Part shown: positions 26,051-35,054 of the stretch, in pieces
Numbering within the stretch: position 1 is the first letter of the stretch
Layout: the number at the start of each line of letters is the position of its first letter
Assembly: GCA_035688325.1 (NCBI GenBank)
Contig: DASSMZ010000088.1
Span: forward strand, 1-42,022
Reading direction: 5' to 3'
Length of the DNA stretch: 42,022 nucleotides
Source of the DNA: Gaiellaceae bacterium
Lineage (GTDB): Bacteria > Actinomycetota > Thermoleophilia > Gaiellales > Gaiellaceae
Made by a program: the position numbers and the translations under genes
The notes under the pieces: generated by a model
Database searches by the model: none
The model's input: only the letters and a program-made list of their open reading frames with translations
What the model was told of the DNA's origin: nothing

Positions 26051-26805
26051 GCAGCCGGCGGCTCCTCCGGCGGCCGGGCAGCGGGCTCAGGGGTGGGCGT
26101 CGCGTCCGGCCCGGTGGCGGCGGCGGGAGCCCCAGGCGCCGGCGCCGGTCTGCGAGCGGCGAGCACGGCGAGGGCGGCGCTGCCACCGACGACGAACGCG
26201 CCGCCGATGAGGAGCCCGATCGCAACCCAGAGCAGGAACGAGAGCTTGGCGCCGACGTCGACGTCCGCGGTGACGCCGCGCGACCCGTCGGCGTTCATCA
26301 GCACCACCGACCAGTCGCCTTCACGAACCTTCCACGACAGTGTCTGGGTTCCCACGCCGGAAGCGGACGCCGCCCAGAACGACTGCGCGGTCGGCGGCGC
26401 CCGCGGAGCACCGCCGGACACCGGGAGATAGGTCGCGCGGAACGGGTCGAAGTCGACGTCCTGGACACTCGCGTGGGCGACGTCTCCGAGGTACCTGGCG
26501 ACGTCCGCCTGCGGCCCGATGCCGATGAAGAGCGTCTTCCCGGCCGGGCCTTCGCCGCGAATCCGGACCTTGCCGAACCAGTTCTCGTTCAGGACCCACC
26601 CCTCGCCGTGGGTGTCGACGTCCAGCCGGGAGCGCGTCAACGCGTAGGTCGGCGTCTCGAAGCGCTCGGTCGGCGTCGTCAAATAGCCGTCGTCGCGCTG
26701 CGTGCGGTCGGCCCAGAGCAGGAAGCCTCCACTCGCCATCACGGCGAGCCCGAACACGACCCCGATGACGCCGAGGACGATGAGGACGACGCGGCCGGCG
26801 CTCAC
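26047..26805 (-). CDS. Hypothetical membrane protein: N- and C-terminal TM helices, an extracytoplasmic beta-rich domain and a Pro/Ala tail
   Basis: 252 aa. TM helices VVLIVLGVIGVVFGLAVMASGGFLLW and LSFLLWVAIGLLIGGAFVVGGSAALAVL. Its 3' end overlaps the convergent gene by 4 nt. Confidence 0.65.
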   Translation of the reverse strand: MSAGRVVLIVLGVIGVVFGLAVMASGGFLLWADRTQRDDGYLTTPTERFETPTYALTRSRLDVDTHGEGWVLNENWFGKVRIRGEGPAGKTLFIGIGPQADVARYLGDVAHASVQDVDFDPFRATYLPVSGGAPRAPPTAQSFWAASASGVGTQTLSWKVREGDWSVVLMNADGSRGVTADVDVGAKLSFLLWVAIGLLIGGAFVVGGSAALAVLAARRPAPAPGAPAAATGPDATPTPEPAARPPEEPPAA

Positions 26806-26921
26806 TCGGGACGAGGTTGACCGATCGACCTGCGCGACGTCAAGGGTTCGAAGCCCTGCAGGGGGCCACGGTCGTCACTTCAAGAAAGCTAGCGGCGCTC
26901 GTTGGTAGCGTCGCAGGCGAC

Positions 26922-28238
26922 GTGATCTTCGAGCAGCTGCTGGACGACGACCTCGGCTGCGCGTCCTACCTGATCGGCGACGAGGCGACCGGCGAGGCGG
27001 TCGCCGTCGACCCGGCCTACGCGATCGAGCCGCTGCTCGCCGCGGCCGAGCGGGCGGGCGTGCGGATCGTGCGCGTGCTCGAGACGCACAACCACGCCGA
27101 CCACGTCTCCGGCCACGGCCGCCTCGCGCTCGAGCACGACGTGCCGGTCTCGATCCACGCGCTCGCCGACGTCGCCTACCCGTGCGGCCCGTTCGAGGAC
27201 GGCGACGAGATCCCCGTCGGCTCGCTGACCGTGAAGGTGATGCACACGCCCGGCCACCGGCCCGAGCACTCGTGCTTCCTCGTCGAGGGCCACCTGCTGA
27301 CCGGCGACTCGCTACTGATCGGCGACGCCGCGCGGCCCGACCTGGCGGTCGAGGCGCGCGAGGGGGCCGAGGGCCTGTTCGAGTCGCTGCGGCGGCTCGC
27401 GGAGCTGCCCGACGAGACGGAGGTCGACCCCGGCCACACGGGCGGCTCGCTCTGCGGCGCCGGCCTCTCCAGCGAGCGGCGGTCGACGCTCGGCATGGAG
27501 CGGCTCTCGAACGAGGCGCTGCGGATCGGCGACATGCACGAGTTCGTCGCCCGCTCGGCCGCGATCTCCGCGCCGCGGCCGCCGACCGTCGAGCGCGTGG
27601 TCGAGCTGAACCGCGGGCCGTTCCTCGCCGCGCAGCCGCCGCTCGAGCTGCTCGGCGAACCGCGCGGGCAGCTGCTCGACGTCCGCCCGGCCGACGAGCA
27701 CGCCGCAGGCCACGCCCACGGCGCCGTGAACGTGCCGCTCGACGGATCGTCGGTCGGGACGAAGACGGCGTTCGTGCTCGACCACGACCGGCCGATCACC
27801 ATCCACGCGCCGTCGGCCGAGGACGCCGGCGACGCCGCGCGCCGCCTCTACGCGGTCGGCCTGCTCGACGTCGCCGGCTACGTGCTGGAGCTGCCGATGC
27901 CGGACGTCCTCCGCCCGGTCGAGATCGAGGAGCTCGAGCGGCTGCTCGAGCAGGACGCCGTCGAGGTGCTCGACGTTCGCGAGAAGGACGAGCGCGACGA
28001 GGGCTACATCCCCGGCACCCGGCACATCCCGTACCGCCTCGTGCGCGCCTACCGCGACGAGCTGCAGAACGGCCGGCCGGTGGTCACGATCTGCTCGAGC
28101 GGCGCCCGCGCGGGCGTGGCCGCGAGCGTGCTCGCCGCCGAGGGCGTCGACGCGCGGCCGGTGCTGGACGGCGGCATCGACGACTGGCAGCGGCGCGGCC
28201 ACCCGCTGACGGCGTTCCGCCGCTGCGGCTCAGGCTGA
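26922..28238 (+). CDS. MBL-fold persulfide dioxygenase-like domain fused to two rhodanese domains (CstB/PRF-like)
   Basis: Probable GTG start at 26922 (VIFEQLL...); the listed ORF begins at TTG 26817. MBL motif ETHNHADHVSGHG. The first rhodanese loop lacks Cys (ITIHAPSAEDAG). The second has an active-site Cys (VVTICSSGARAG). Confidence 0.85.
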   Translation: MIFEQLLDDDLGCASYLIGDEATGEAVAVDPAYAIEPLLAAAERAGVRIVRVLETHNHADHVSGHGRLALEHDVPVSIHALADVAYPCGPFEDGDEIPVGSLTVKVMHTPGHRPEHSCFLVEGHLLTGDSLLIGDAARPDLAVEAREGAEGLFESLRRLAELPDETEVDPGHTGGSLCGAGLSSERRSTLGMERLSNEALRIGDMHEFVARSAAISAPRPPTVERVVELNRGPFLAAQPPLELLGEPRGQLLDVRPADEHAAGHAHGAVNVPLDGSSVGTKTAFVLDHDRPITIHAPSAEDAGDAARRLYAVGLLDVAGYVLELPMPDVLRPVEIEELERLLEQDAVEVLDVREKDERDEGYIPGTRHIPYRLVRAYRDELQNGRPVVTICSSGARAGVAASVLAAEGVDARPVLDGGIDDWQRRGHPLTAFRRCGSG

Positions 28239-31200
28239 CACCGCCAGCAACGCCTCTCCACGCTTCACGTAACGGCTCGCTCGGACTGCCCTGAAGAACG
28301 CGAGCGCACGCTGGAGCTGGTCGTCGGCCTCGGCTCGACGGCCGCTCGCGAGGAGCACCTCTGCTGCGCGAAGCCGCGCCAGCGCCGCACCCCGTCCGGT
28401 GCCCATCTCGTCGAACAGGTCACCGGCCGCTGCGAATTCGCCTACGAGGAACGCGCGAGCCGCGCGCGCCCGCAGACGAACGTCGTCCTCGTCGATGAGC
28501 GCCGCCAGCTCGTCACGGCGATCGAGCAGATCCGCCGCCCAGAGCGCGTCCTCCAGGGCGTAGCCGATGACGTCCGGCTCCGCGACGAACTCGTCGAGGA
28601 GCGCCTCGGCCTCCTCGGTTCGCCCGGCTTCGGCGAGGACGAACGCCGAGAAGCCGACGGCCGGCACGACGACTTGCCGATCCCGGATCTCGCGGGCACG
28701 GGCGAGCGAGCGCGCCTGGTCGTCGAGCGCGCCGGCGAGGTCGTCTCGCGCCAGCCGGATGAACGCCCGCGTCGCGAGCACGTAGCAGTCGTGGTAATGC
28801 GGTGCAGTCTCCGCTTCCGCCAGGAACGCGTCGGCAGCGGCCATGCACTCGTCCCAGTCGCCGAGCTCGAGCATCGAGAAGATCATGTTGCCGCGCACCC
28901 AGCGAATGGACGCCGTGCCGCCGAGCCGCTCGGCGAGCCTCCACGCCTCGGTGGTCGCACGATTGGCTTCGCGGAGGTCGCCTTCGAGGTCGGCCACGGC
29001 GCCGATGCTCGAGTAGGCGCGAATCGCCACCGGGAGCCGATTCTCGGCCAGGGCGAGCTCGAGCCCCCGCTGGATGTCGGCGCGGCCGTCGAGGTCGCCT
29101 TGCCGGCAACGGGCGGTGCCGATCGTGATCAGCGCGTGTGCGCGAATCTCGTCGAGGTCGAACGACGCTGCGAGCGCCAGCGCCTCGCGCGCATCGTCCA
29201 GGGCGACCTCCCCGGCCAGGAAGCGAAAACGCGCGACCTGGCTCAGCACGCGCGCCTTGGCCGGCGACGGCGGCGCGTCGCGCACGAGCTCGTGCGCGCG
29301 GGCGAGGTAGCTGGAACAAGCGTCGGTCTCGCCTTTCATCCACTCGAACTGCGCCCGGAGTGCGTCGGTCTCGGCCGCACGCGGCGTGTCGCCCACGGCG
29401 AGCAGCGCCTCCCGCGCCGCCGCGAGCGCGCTGTCGCGCTCCTCCTCGTCTCCGTCGAACATCGCCAGCGCCAGGCGGTAGAGCAGGTCTGCCTGCTCCG
29501 CGCGGGCGTCGTCGGGACAGAGCCCGAGCGCCTCTCGGTAGAACCGCGCCGCGGCGCCGTAGGCACTGAGCGAGCGAGCGCGGTCGCCCGCCGCGGACAA
29601 CGCCGCCTGCGCCGGACGTGCCAGCTCGGTCGTGTCCTGCCCGGCGGCACGTCCGACCTCGAGCGCGCAGAGGTAGTGGTGGGCGAGCATCTCCGCGTGG
29701 TCGTCCGGACGGCCGAGGCCCTCGAGCCAGCGCGCCGCCCGCGCGTGCTTCTCGAGCCGAGCCGACCGTGGAATCTGCGCGTAGGCGACGTCGCGAAGCA
29801 GCAGGTGGAGGAAGGCGTACTGCGTCTCGTCGGCGACGGACGAGCGCCGGTCGCGCCGAACGAAGTGCTTGCGCTCGAGCGCGTGCAGCCGTTCGTCGAG
29901 GGCGGCGGGCGCGTCGGCGCCCGCGAGCGCGGCCACGGCGCCGGGCCAGAAGACCTTCCCGATCACGGCCGCGTCCTGGAGGAGCTGCTTCTCCTCGAGG
30001 GGCAAGCCGTCGAGGCGCGCGCCGACGATCCCCTGGATCGACTCGGGCAGCGGCAGCTCTCCGCCCGCTCCTCCTTCCGCGAGCAGCTGTGCGTACTGCT
30101 CGGCGTAGAGCGGGTTTCCGCCGACACGCTCCAGGACTCGTGCCTGCTCTCCGGCCTCGAGCACCGACCGCCCGAGCAGCGATCCGAGCAGCCGCGCGGC
30201 GTCGTCCTCGGCCAGTGCCTGGAGCGAGAGCGTCGTCGCGTTCGACTTCCCGCCGCCCCAGCTCGGCCGCCGCTCGAGCAGCTCGGGCCGCGCCGTCGCC
30301 ACGACGAGCAGCGGCACGCCGCTTGCCCAGTCGACGAGGTGGTCGACGAAATCCAGCAGGCCGTCGTCGGCCCAGTGCAGGTCTTCGAGCACGAGGACGA
30401 GCGGCCGCTGATCCGCGAGCGCCTCGAAGAACCGGCGCCAGGCCGCAAACGACTCGCTGCGCCGGTCGCCGCCGGCCGCGGCGTCCTCGCCGCCGAGGCC
30501 GACGAGGGCTGCGAGGTGGCGGTGAAGCCAGTCGGCGTCGTCCTCGCCCACGCCGAGCCCGGCCACCGTCTCGGTCAGCTTCCGTTCCGCGGCGTCGGCA
30601 TCGTCCGACTCGAGCACCCCCGCCTGCGCCTTCACCACCTCGGCGAGTGCCCAGAAGCTCACGCCTTCGCCGTACGGCAGCGAGCGGCCCTGGCGCCAGG
30701 CGATCAGCTCCGGGTCGGCGTCGACCGACCGCGACAGCTCGTAGAGCAGCCGGGACTTGCCGACGCCGGGAACGCCGACGAGCGTGAGGAGCTGAGGCGA
30801 GCGCTCGCTGCGAGCGCGATCGAGCGCACCGCGCAGCACCTCGAGCTCGCGCTCGCGGCCGACGAGCGCAGTGCGGGCTTCGTGCGGTACGTCCACGCCG
30901 AAGCGCGCGTGCGCCTGTACGGCCTCCCACACCCGCAGCGGCTCGGCCTTGCCCTTCGCGTGCACCGGCTCCGCCTCGCGGTAGTCGATGGCGTCGTTCG
31001 TGGCGCGGTACGTGCGCTCGCCGACGAGGACGCCGTTCACGGGCGCGGCCGACTGCAGACGCGCCGCGGCGTTGACCACGTCGCCCGCAGCCATGCCCTC
31101 CCCCTCCGCCGGACGCGCACCGAGCGACACGAGCGCCTCGCCCGTGTTGACGGCGATCCGGACCTGGAGGTCGTCTTCCTCGAGCACCCAGTCGCGGATC

Positions 31201-31541
31201 GCGAGCGCGGCGCGGACGGCCCGCTCGGGGTCGTCGTCGTGGGCGACCGGCGCGCCGAAGAGCGCCATCACGGCGTCGCCGATGAATTTCTCGACCGTGC
31301 CGCCGTGCCGCTCGAGCTCGGCGCGAAGGCGGGCGTAGTACGGCGACAGCGTCGCGCGCACGTCCTCCGGGTCGAGCTGCTCGGACCGCGCCGTGAAGCC
31401 GACGAGGTCGGCGAACAGCACGGAGACGACCTTCCGCTCCTCGCGCGGCGCAGCGGGGGCCGTCTCGAGGCTCGTGCCGCAGCCGGAACAGAAGCGCGCG
31501 TCGGCCGCGTTCTCCCGGCCGCACTCCGCGCAGACGATCAA
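28230..31541 (-). CDS. Multidomain signalling protein: zinc ribbon, class III adenylate/guanylate cyclase, AAA/STAND NTPase and TPR repeats
   Basis: N-terminus CAECGRENAADARFCSGCG. Cyclase motifs VSVLFADLVGFT, EKFIGDAVMALFG. P-loop LVGVPGVGKSRL. Walker B LVLVLEDLHWAD. Long helical-repeat C-terminus. 1103 aa. Confidence 0.88.
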   Translation of the reverse strand: MIVCAECGRENAADARFCSGCGTSLETAPAAPREERKVVSVLFADLVGFTARSEQLDPEDVRATLSPYYARLRAELERHGGTVEKFIGDAVMALFGAPVAHDDDPERAVRAALAIRDWVLEEDDLQVRIAVNTGEALVSLGARPAEGEGMAAGDVVNAAARLQSAAPVNGVLVGERTYRATNDAIDYREAEPVHAKGKAEPLRVWEAVQAHARFGVDVPHEARTALVGRERELEVLRGALDRARSERSPQLLTLVGVPGVGKSRLLYELSRSVDADPELIAWRQGRSLPYGEGVSFWALAEVVKAQAGVLESDDADAAERKLTETVAGLGVGEDDADWLHRHLAALVGLGGEDAAAGGDRRSESFAAWRRFFEALADQRPLVLVLEDLHWADDGLLDFVDHLVDWASGVPLLVVATARPELLERRPSWGGGKSNATTLSLQALAEDDAARLLGSLLGRSVLEAGEQARVLERVGGNPLYAEQYAQLLAEGGAGGELPLPESIQGIVGARLDGLPLEEKQLLQDAAVIGKVFWPGAVAALAGADAPAALDERLHALERKHFVRRDRRSSVADETQYAFLHLLLRDVAYAQIPRSARLEKHARAARWLEGLGRPDDHAEMLAHHYLCALEVGRAAGQDTTELARPAQAALSAAGDRARSLSAYGAAARFYREALGLCPDDARAEQADLLYRLALAMFDGDEEERDSALAAAREALLAVGDTPRAAETDALRAQFEWMKGETDACSSYLARAHELVRDAPPSPAKARVLSQVARFRFLAGEVALDDAREALALAASFDLDEIRAHALITIGTARCRQGDLDGRADIQRGLELALAENRLPVAIRAYSSIGAVADLEGDLREANRATTEAWRLAERLGGTASIRWVRGNMIFSMLELGDWDECMAAADAFLAEAETAPHYHDCYVLATRAFIRLARDDLAGALDDQARSLARAREIRDRQVVVPAVGFSAFVLAEAGRTEEAEALLDEFVAEPDVIGYALEDALWAADLLDRRDELAALIDEDDVRLRARAARAFLVGEFAAAGDLFDEMGTGRGAALARLRAAEVLLASGRRAEADDQLQRALAFFRAVRASRYVKRGEALLAVSA

Positions 31542-31544
31542 CGC

Positions 31545-32750
31545 CTACCTCAGGCGCTCGACCTGGTAGCCGAGGCTGCGCAGCGTCTCGAGCAGCACGG
31601 AGCAGTGGTGCTCGTCGCGCATCGTCAGCGTCAGCTCGATCTCGCTCTCGTAGACCGGGACGTCCATGCCTTCGCGATGGTGGTCGACCGCGATCACGTT
31701 CGCCCGCTCGCGCGCGACCAGCGACAGAAGCTTGAGCAGCTCGCCGGGGCGGTCGTGCAGGCGCGTGCGCACGACGAGGTAGCGGCCGGCGGTCGTGAGG
31801 CCGTGCCGCATCACCGAGATGAGCACCGTCGGATCGATGTTGCCGCCCGAGAGCACGGCGACCGCCGCGCCTTCGCCGCCGCCGGCCTTGCCGCTCAGCA
31901 GCGCCGCGACGCCGACCGCGCCCGCGCCCTCGACGACGAGCTTCGACCGCTCGAGCAGCAGCACGATCGCCTGACAGATCTCGTCGTCGCTGACCGAGAC
32001 GCGGTCGTCGAGCACGTCGTCCAGGATCGCGCCGGTCTTCTCGCCCACCTCCTTGACCGCGATCCCGTCGGCGATCGTCGGCCCGGTCAGCCCCGCCTGC
32101 ACGCCCACGATCCGCACGTCCGGCCTGACCGCGCGCAGCGCGAGCGCGATGCCGGAGCAGAGCCCGCCGCCGCCGATCGGGACCACGCACGTTCCGGCCC
32201 GCGGAACCTGCTCGGCGAGCTCGAGCCCGATCGTGCCCTGGCCGGCGATCACGCGGTCGTCCTCGTACGGGTGCACGAACGTCGCGCCGGTGGACTCGGC
32301 CCGCTCGTACGCCGCGGCGAGCGCGTCCTCGAAGGTCGCGCCGATCAGCTCCGCGTGGCCGCCGTAGCTCTTCGTCGGCTCGACCTTCGCCATCGGCGCG
32401 TCCTGCGGCATGAAGATCGTGGCCCGGACGCCCGCCTCGCGCGCCGCCCACGCGACCGCCTGGCCGTGGTTGCCCGCGCTCGCGGCGACGACGCCGGCCG
32501 CCTTCTCCTCGTCGGAGAGCGTCGTGATCTTGTTGACGGCGCCGCGAACCTTGAACGAGCCGGTGCGCTGCAGGTTCTCGGCCTTCAGCCAGACCTCGCG
32601 CCCGATCAGCCGTGAGAGCGTCTCGGTGCCGTAGACCGGCGTCACGCGCGCGACTCCCTCGAGCCGCGCCCGCGCCTGCTCGATCTCCTTACGCCCGGGT
32701 GCCGTCGTCGTCGCCAAGACCGATGTTCGCCGCTGCCAGACTGAAGTCAA
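31545..32750 (-). CDS. ilvA: Threonine ammonia-lyase (threonine dehydratase), short form with one ACT-like domain
   Basis: PLP-lysine motif GSFKVRGA, glycine loop GGGGL, and a C-terminal ACT-like domain. The start is uncertain: TTG at 32750 overlaps the meaB stop, and an alternative TTG lies at 32717. Confidence 0.9.
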   Translation of the reverse strand: MTSVWQRRTSVLATTTAPGRKEIEQARARLEGVARVTPVYGTETLSRLIGREVWLKAENLQRTGSFKVRGAVNKITTLSDEEKAAGVVAASAGNHGQAVAWAAREAGVRATIFMPQDAPMAKVEPTKSYGGHAELIGATFEDALAAAYERAESTGATFVHPYEDDRVIAGQGTIGLELAEQVPRAGTCVVPIGGGGLCSGIALALRAVRPDVRIVGVQAGLTGPTIADGIAVKEVGEKTGAILDDVLDDRVSVSDDEICQAIVLLLERSKLVVEGAGAVGVAALLSGKAGGGEGAAVAVLSGGNIDPTVLISVMRHGLTTAGRYLVVRTRLHDRPGELLKLLSLVARERANVIAVDHHREGMDVPVYESEIELTLTMRDEHHCSVLLETLRSLGYQVERLR

Positions 32751-33721
32751 GCACCGGAGAGCTTGAATACCTTGTCAAGTATCTCCTGCACGGCGGTGAG
32801 CGGATCGAGCTCCCGCCGCTGGACCTGCTCGAGCAGCCGCCGCAGCTCTGCGTCGTCGGCGACCGCGCGCTCGAGGTGCTGCTTCGCCCGCGCCGACGCG
32901 ACCGCGAACACCTCGCGCGCGAGATTCTCGCGCCGGCGCCGCTCGAGCAGCCCGTCCGACTCGAGCCACGCGCGGTGCTGCTCGACCTTCTCCCACAGCT
33001 CGGGCACGTTCTCGCCGCGACTCGCCTCCGTCAGCACGATCGGCGGCTTCCACGCCCGCTCCGTGTCGAGCGAGAGCACCGAGCGCACCTCGTTCAGCAT
33101 CGTCTTCGCCGACGGGTGGTCGAGCTTGTTGATCGCGATCACGTCCGGGATCTCCATGATCCCCGCCTTCAACGCCTGGATCGAGTCGCCCGAGCCGGGC
33201 ATCAGGGCCAGCACGACCGTGTCGGCGATGCCGATCACCTCCACCTCGCCCTGGCCGGTCCCGACCGTCTCCAGGAAGACGAGCTCCTTCCCGGCCGCGT
33301 CGAGCACGAGCAGCGCCTGCAGCGTCGCCTCGGCGAGCCCGCCGAGGTGGCCGCGGCTGCCCATCGAGCGGATGAAGACCTCCGGGTCGAGGAAGTGGTC
33401 GGCGAGACGGATGCGGTCGCCGAGGAGCGCGCCGTGCGAGAACGGGCTCGACGGGTCGACGCTGAGGACGCCGACCGAGCGTTCCTGCTCGCGCACGTGC
33501 CGGACGAGCGCGCTGATCAGCGTCGACTTGCCGACGCCCGGCGGGCCGGTCATCCCGACCGCGTACGCGCGACCAGTCTCCGGGTAGAGGTCACGCACGA
33601 CCTCGTAGGCGAGCGGGTCGGAGTTCTCGACGAGCGTGATCGCGCGCGCGAGCGCGCGCCGGTCGCCTGTGCGGACCCCGGCGGCGAGCGTCTCGCGGGT
33701 GAAGTCGCGGCGCGCTGCCAC
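32747..33721 (-). CDS. meaB: MeaB/ArgK-type G3E-family GTPase (methylmalonyl-CoA mutase-associated metallochaperone family)
   Basis: GTG at 33721. P-loop MTGPPGVGKSTL. Motifs GALLGDRIR, ETVGTGQGE, INKLD. Listed ORF 32747..34996 continues upstream as a shadow frame over the MFS gene. Confidence 0.88.
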   Translation of the reverse strand: MAARRDFTRETLAAGVRTGDRRALARAITLVENSDPLAYEVVRDLYPETGRAYAVGMTGPPGVGKSTLISALVRHVREQERSVGVLSVDPSSPFSHGALLGDRIRLADHFLDPEVFIRSMGSRGHLGGLAEATLQALLVLDAAGKELVFLETVGTGQGEVEVIGIADTVVLALMPGSGDSIQALKAGIMEIPDVIAINKLDHPSAKTMLNEVRSVLSLDTERAWKPPIVLTEASRGENVPELWEKVEQHRAWLESDGLLERRRRENLAREVFAVASARAKQHLERAVADDAELRRLLEQVQRRELDPLTAVQEILDKVFKLSGA

Positions 33722-33732
33722 GACGCCGGATG

Positions 33733-34986
33733 CTAAAGCGGCGCTGCGGGCACCGGCGCGATCGCCGGTCCCTCCGCCTTCGCCGCGTTTCGCGCGAGCG
33801 CGAGGCCGACGACGGCCGAGACCGCCGACGCCGCCGACGCCGCCGCCCAGACCCAGCGCGGGCCGACCATGTCGGTGACGCGCCCGGCCAGGATCATGCC
33901 GAGGATCAGGAACGCGACGTTCGAGCTCATCAGCACGGCGAACGCGCGACCCCGCAGCGCGTCCGGCGCGCCGCGCTGGACGAGCAGCGCGTTGCACACG
34001 ACCGCGGAGCCGTTGCCCGCGCCGGAGATGACGACGCACGCGGCGGCGACCCAGACGTTCGGCGACATCGCCGCGAGTCCGATGCCGACGGCCATCAGCC
34101 CGAGCGAGACCCCGTAGACGTTCGCCAGCCCGCGGCGCTCGATCCACTGGCCGGCGAGGTAGGCGCCGGCGGCGAGCCCGACGCCCGAGCACCCCATCAT
34201 CAGGCCGAGGCCGAAGCGGCCGGCGTCGAACGCCCTGAAGACCAGCCGCGGCTCGGCGACGTTGACGGCGGCGTTCGAGAACATCGCGATGTTCCACGCG
34301 ATCAGCACCGTCAGCAGCGCCTTCGAGCGCACGGTCAGCGCGAAGCCGTCGCGGAGGTCGGCCCAGTGGCCGCGGCTCGCCGCCTGCGTCGCCTGCAGCA
34401 GTCGCTGCGGGATGCCGTACAGGAAGATCGCCGAGATCAGGAACGTGCACGCGTTGATCCAGTACGCCGCGTCCACGCCCGAGGCAGCGACGAGCGCGCC
34501 GCCGGCGATCGAGCCCAGTGCCCAGGTCAGGTTGTCGACGGCCTGCAGCAGCGAGTTGGCATGCGTCAGGTCGTCCTCCTGGACGAGGTTCGGGATCCCG
34601 GCGTACGCCGCCGGCCGGAAGAACCCCGTCGCGATCCCCGCGACCGTCGCCAGCACGACGACCTGCGTCGCGTTCGTCGTGAACGGCAGCAGCGCGAAGA
34701 CGCCGAACCGCGCGAGGTCGGCGCCGACCATCAGCCGGCGGCGTGAGAGCCGGTCGACGAGCGGGCCGACGAGGATCCCGATCAGGAAGGTCGGCAGCAG
34801 GTCCGCGATCAGCAGCGCCGCCACCCAGCCCGAGGACTGCGTGCGCACCCAGACGTCGACCTCGAGCGCGACCAGCGCCAGCCAGGTGCCCGCTCCCGAG
34901 GCGAGCGTGGCGAGGAAGAGGCGGCGGAAATCGGGCTCGCGCCCCAGGAGCGCGAGCTGCGAGCCGGCTACGCGGGGGCGGCCCAT
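33733..34986 (-). CDS. MFS transporter (EntS/enterobactin-exporter-like subfamily)
   Basis: 417 aa. FRRLFLATLASGAGTWLALVAL and GPLVDRLSRRRL loop motifs. 12 predicted helices. Confidence 0.85.
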   Translation of the reverse strand: MGRPRVAGSQLALLGREPDFRRLFLATLASGAGTWLALVALEVDVWVRTQSSGWVAALLIADLLPTFLIGILVGPLVDRLSRRRLMVGADLARFGVFALLPFTTNATQVVVLATVAGIATGFFRPAAYAGIPNLVQEDDLTHANSLLQAVDNLTWALGSIAGGALVAASGVDAAYWINACTFLISAIFLYGIPQRLLQATQAASRGHWADLRDGFALTVRSKALLTVLIAWNIAMFSNAAVNVAEPRLVFRAFDAGRFGLGLMMGCSGVGLAAGAYLAGQWIERRGLANVYGVSLGLMAVGIGLAAMSPNVWVAAACVVISGAGNGSAVVCNALLVQRGAPDALRGRAFAVLMSSNVAFLILGMILAGRVTDMVGPRWVWAAASAASAVSAVVGLALARNAAKAEGPAIAPVPAAPL

Positions 34987-35054
34987 CGACGGTCACACGG
35001 TAACACTGCTCCCGGGCCTCGAACGAGGGGTTTTTCGGCCCTGTCCTGGCTTGC

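Noticed and set aside
26842-26866. tRNA-like T-arm (GGG-TTCGAAG-CCC) upstream of the MBL-rhodanese gene
   Set aside because: The T-stem has only 4 pairs. No complementary acceptor 5' strand exists at the required distance (around 26794). There is no D-arm or anticodon arm. This is not a tRNA.
28513-32615. 1312-aa (minus) and 1313-aa (plus) ORFs overlapping the cyclase-STAND gene and ilvA
   Set aside because: Only frame 28230..31541 shows the zinc ribbon, cyclase, P-loop and TPR motifs, and only 31545..32750 shows PLP-enzyme motifs. The others are Arg/Pro/Gly-rich shadows that run through two genes.
32747-34996. Single 749-aa ORF
   Set aside because: Only the C-terminal 324 aa (from GTG 33721) are MeaB-like. 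The upstream part is a shadow of the MFS gene, which is encoded in another minus-strand frame (33733..34986).
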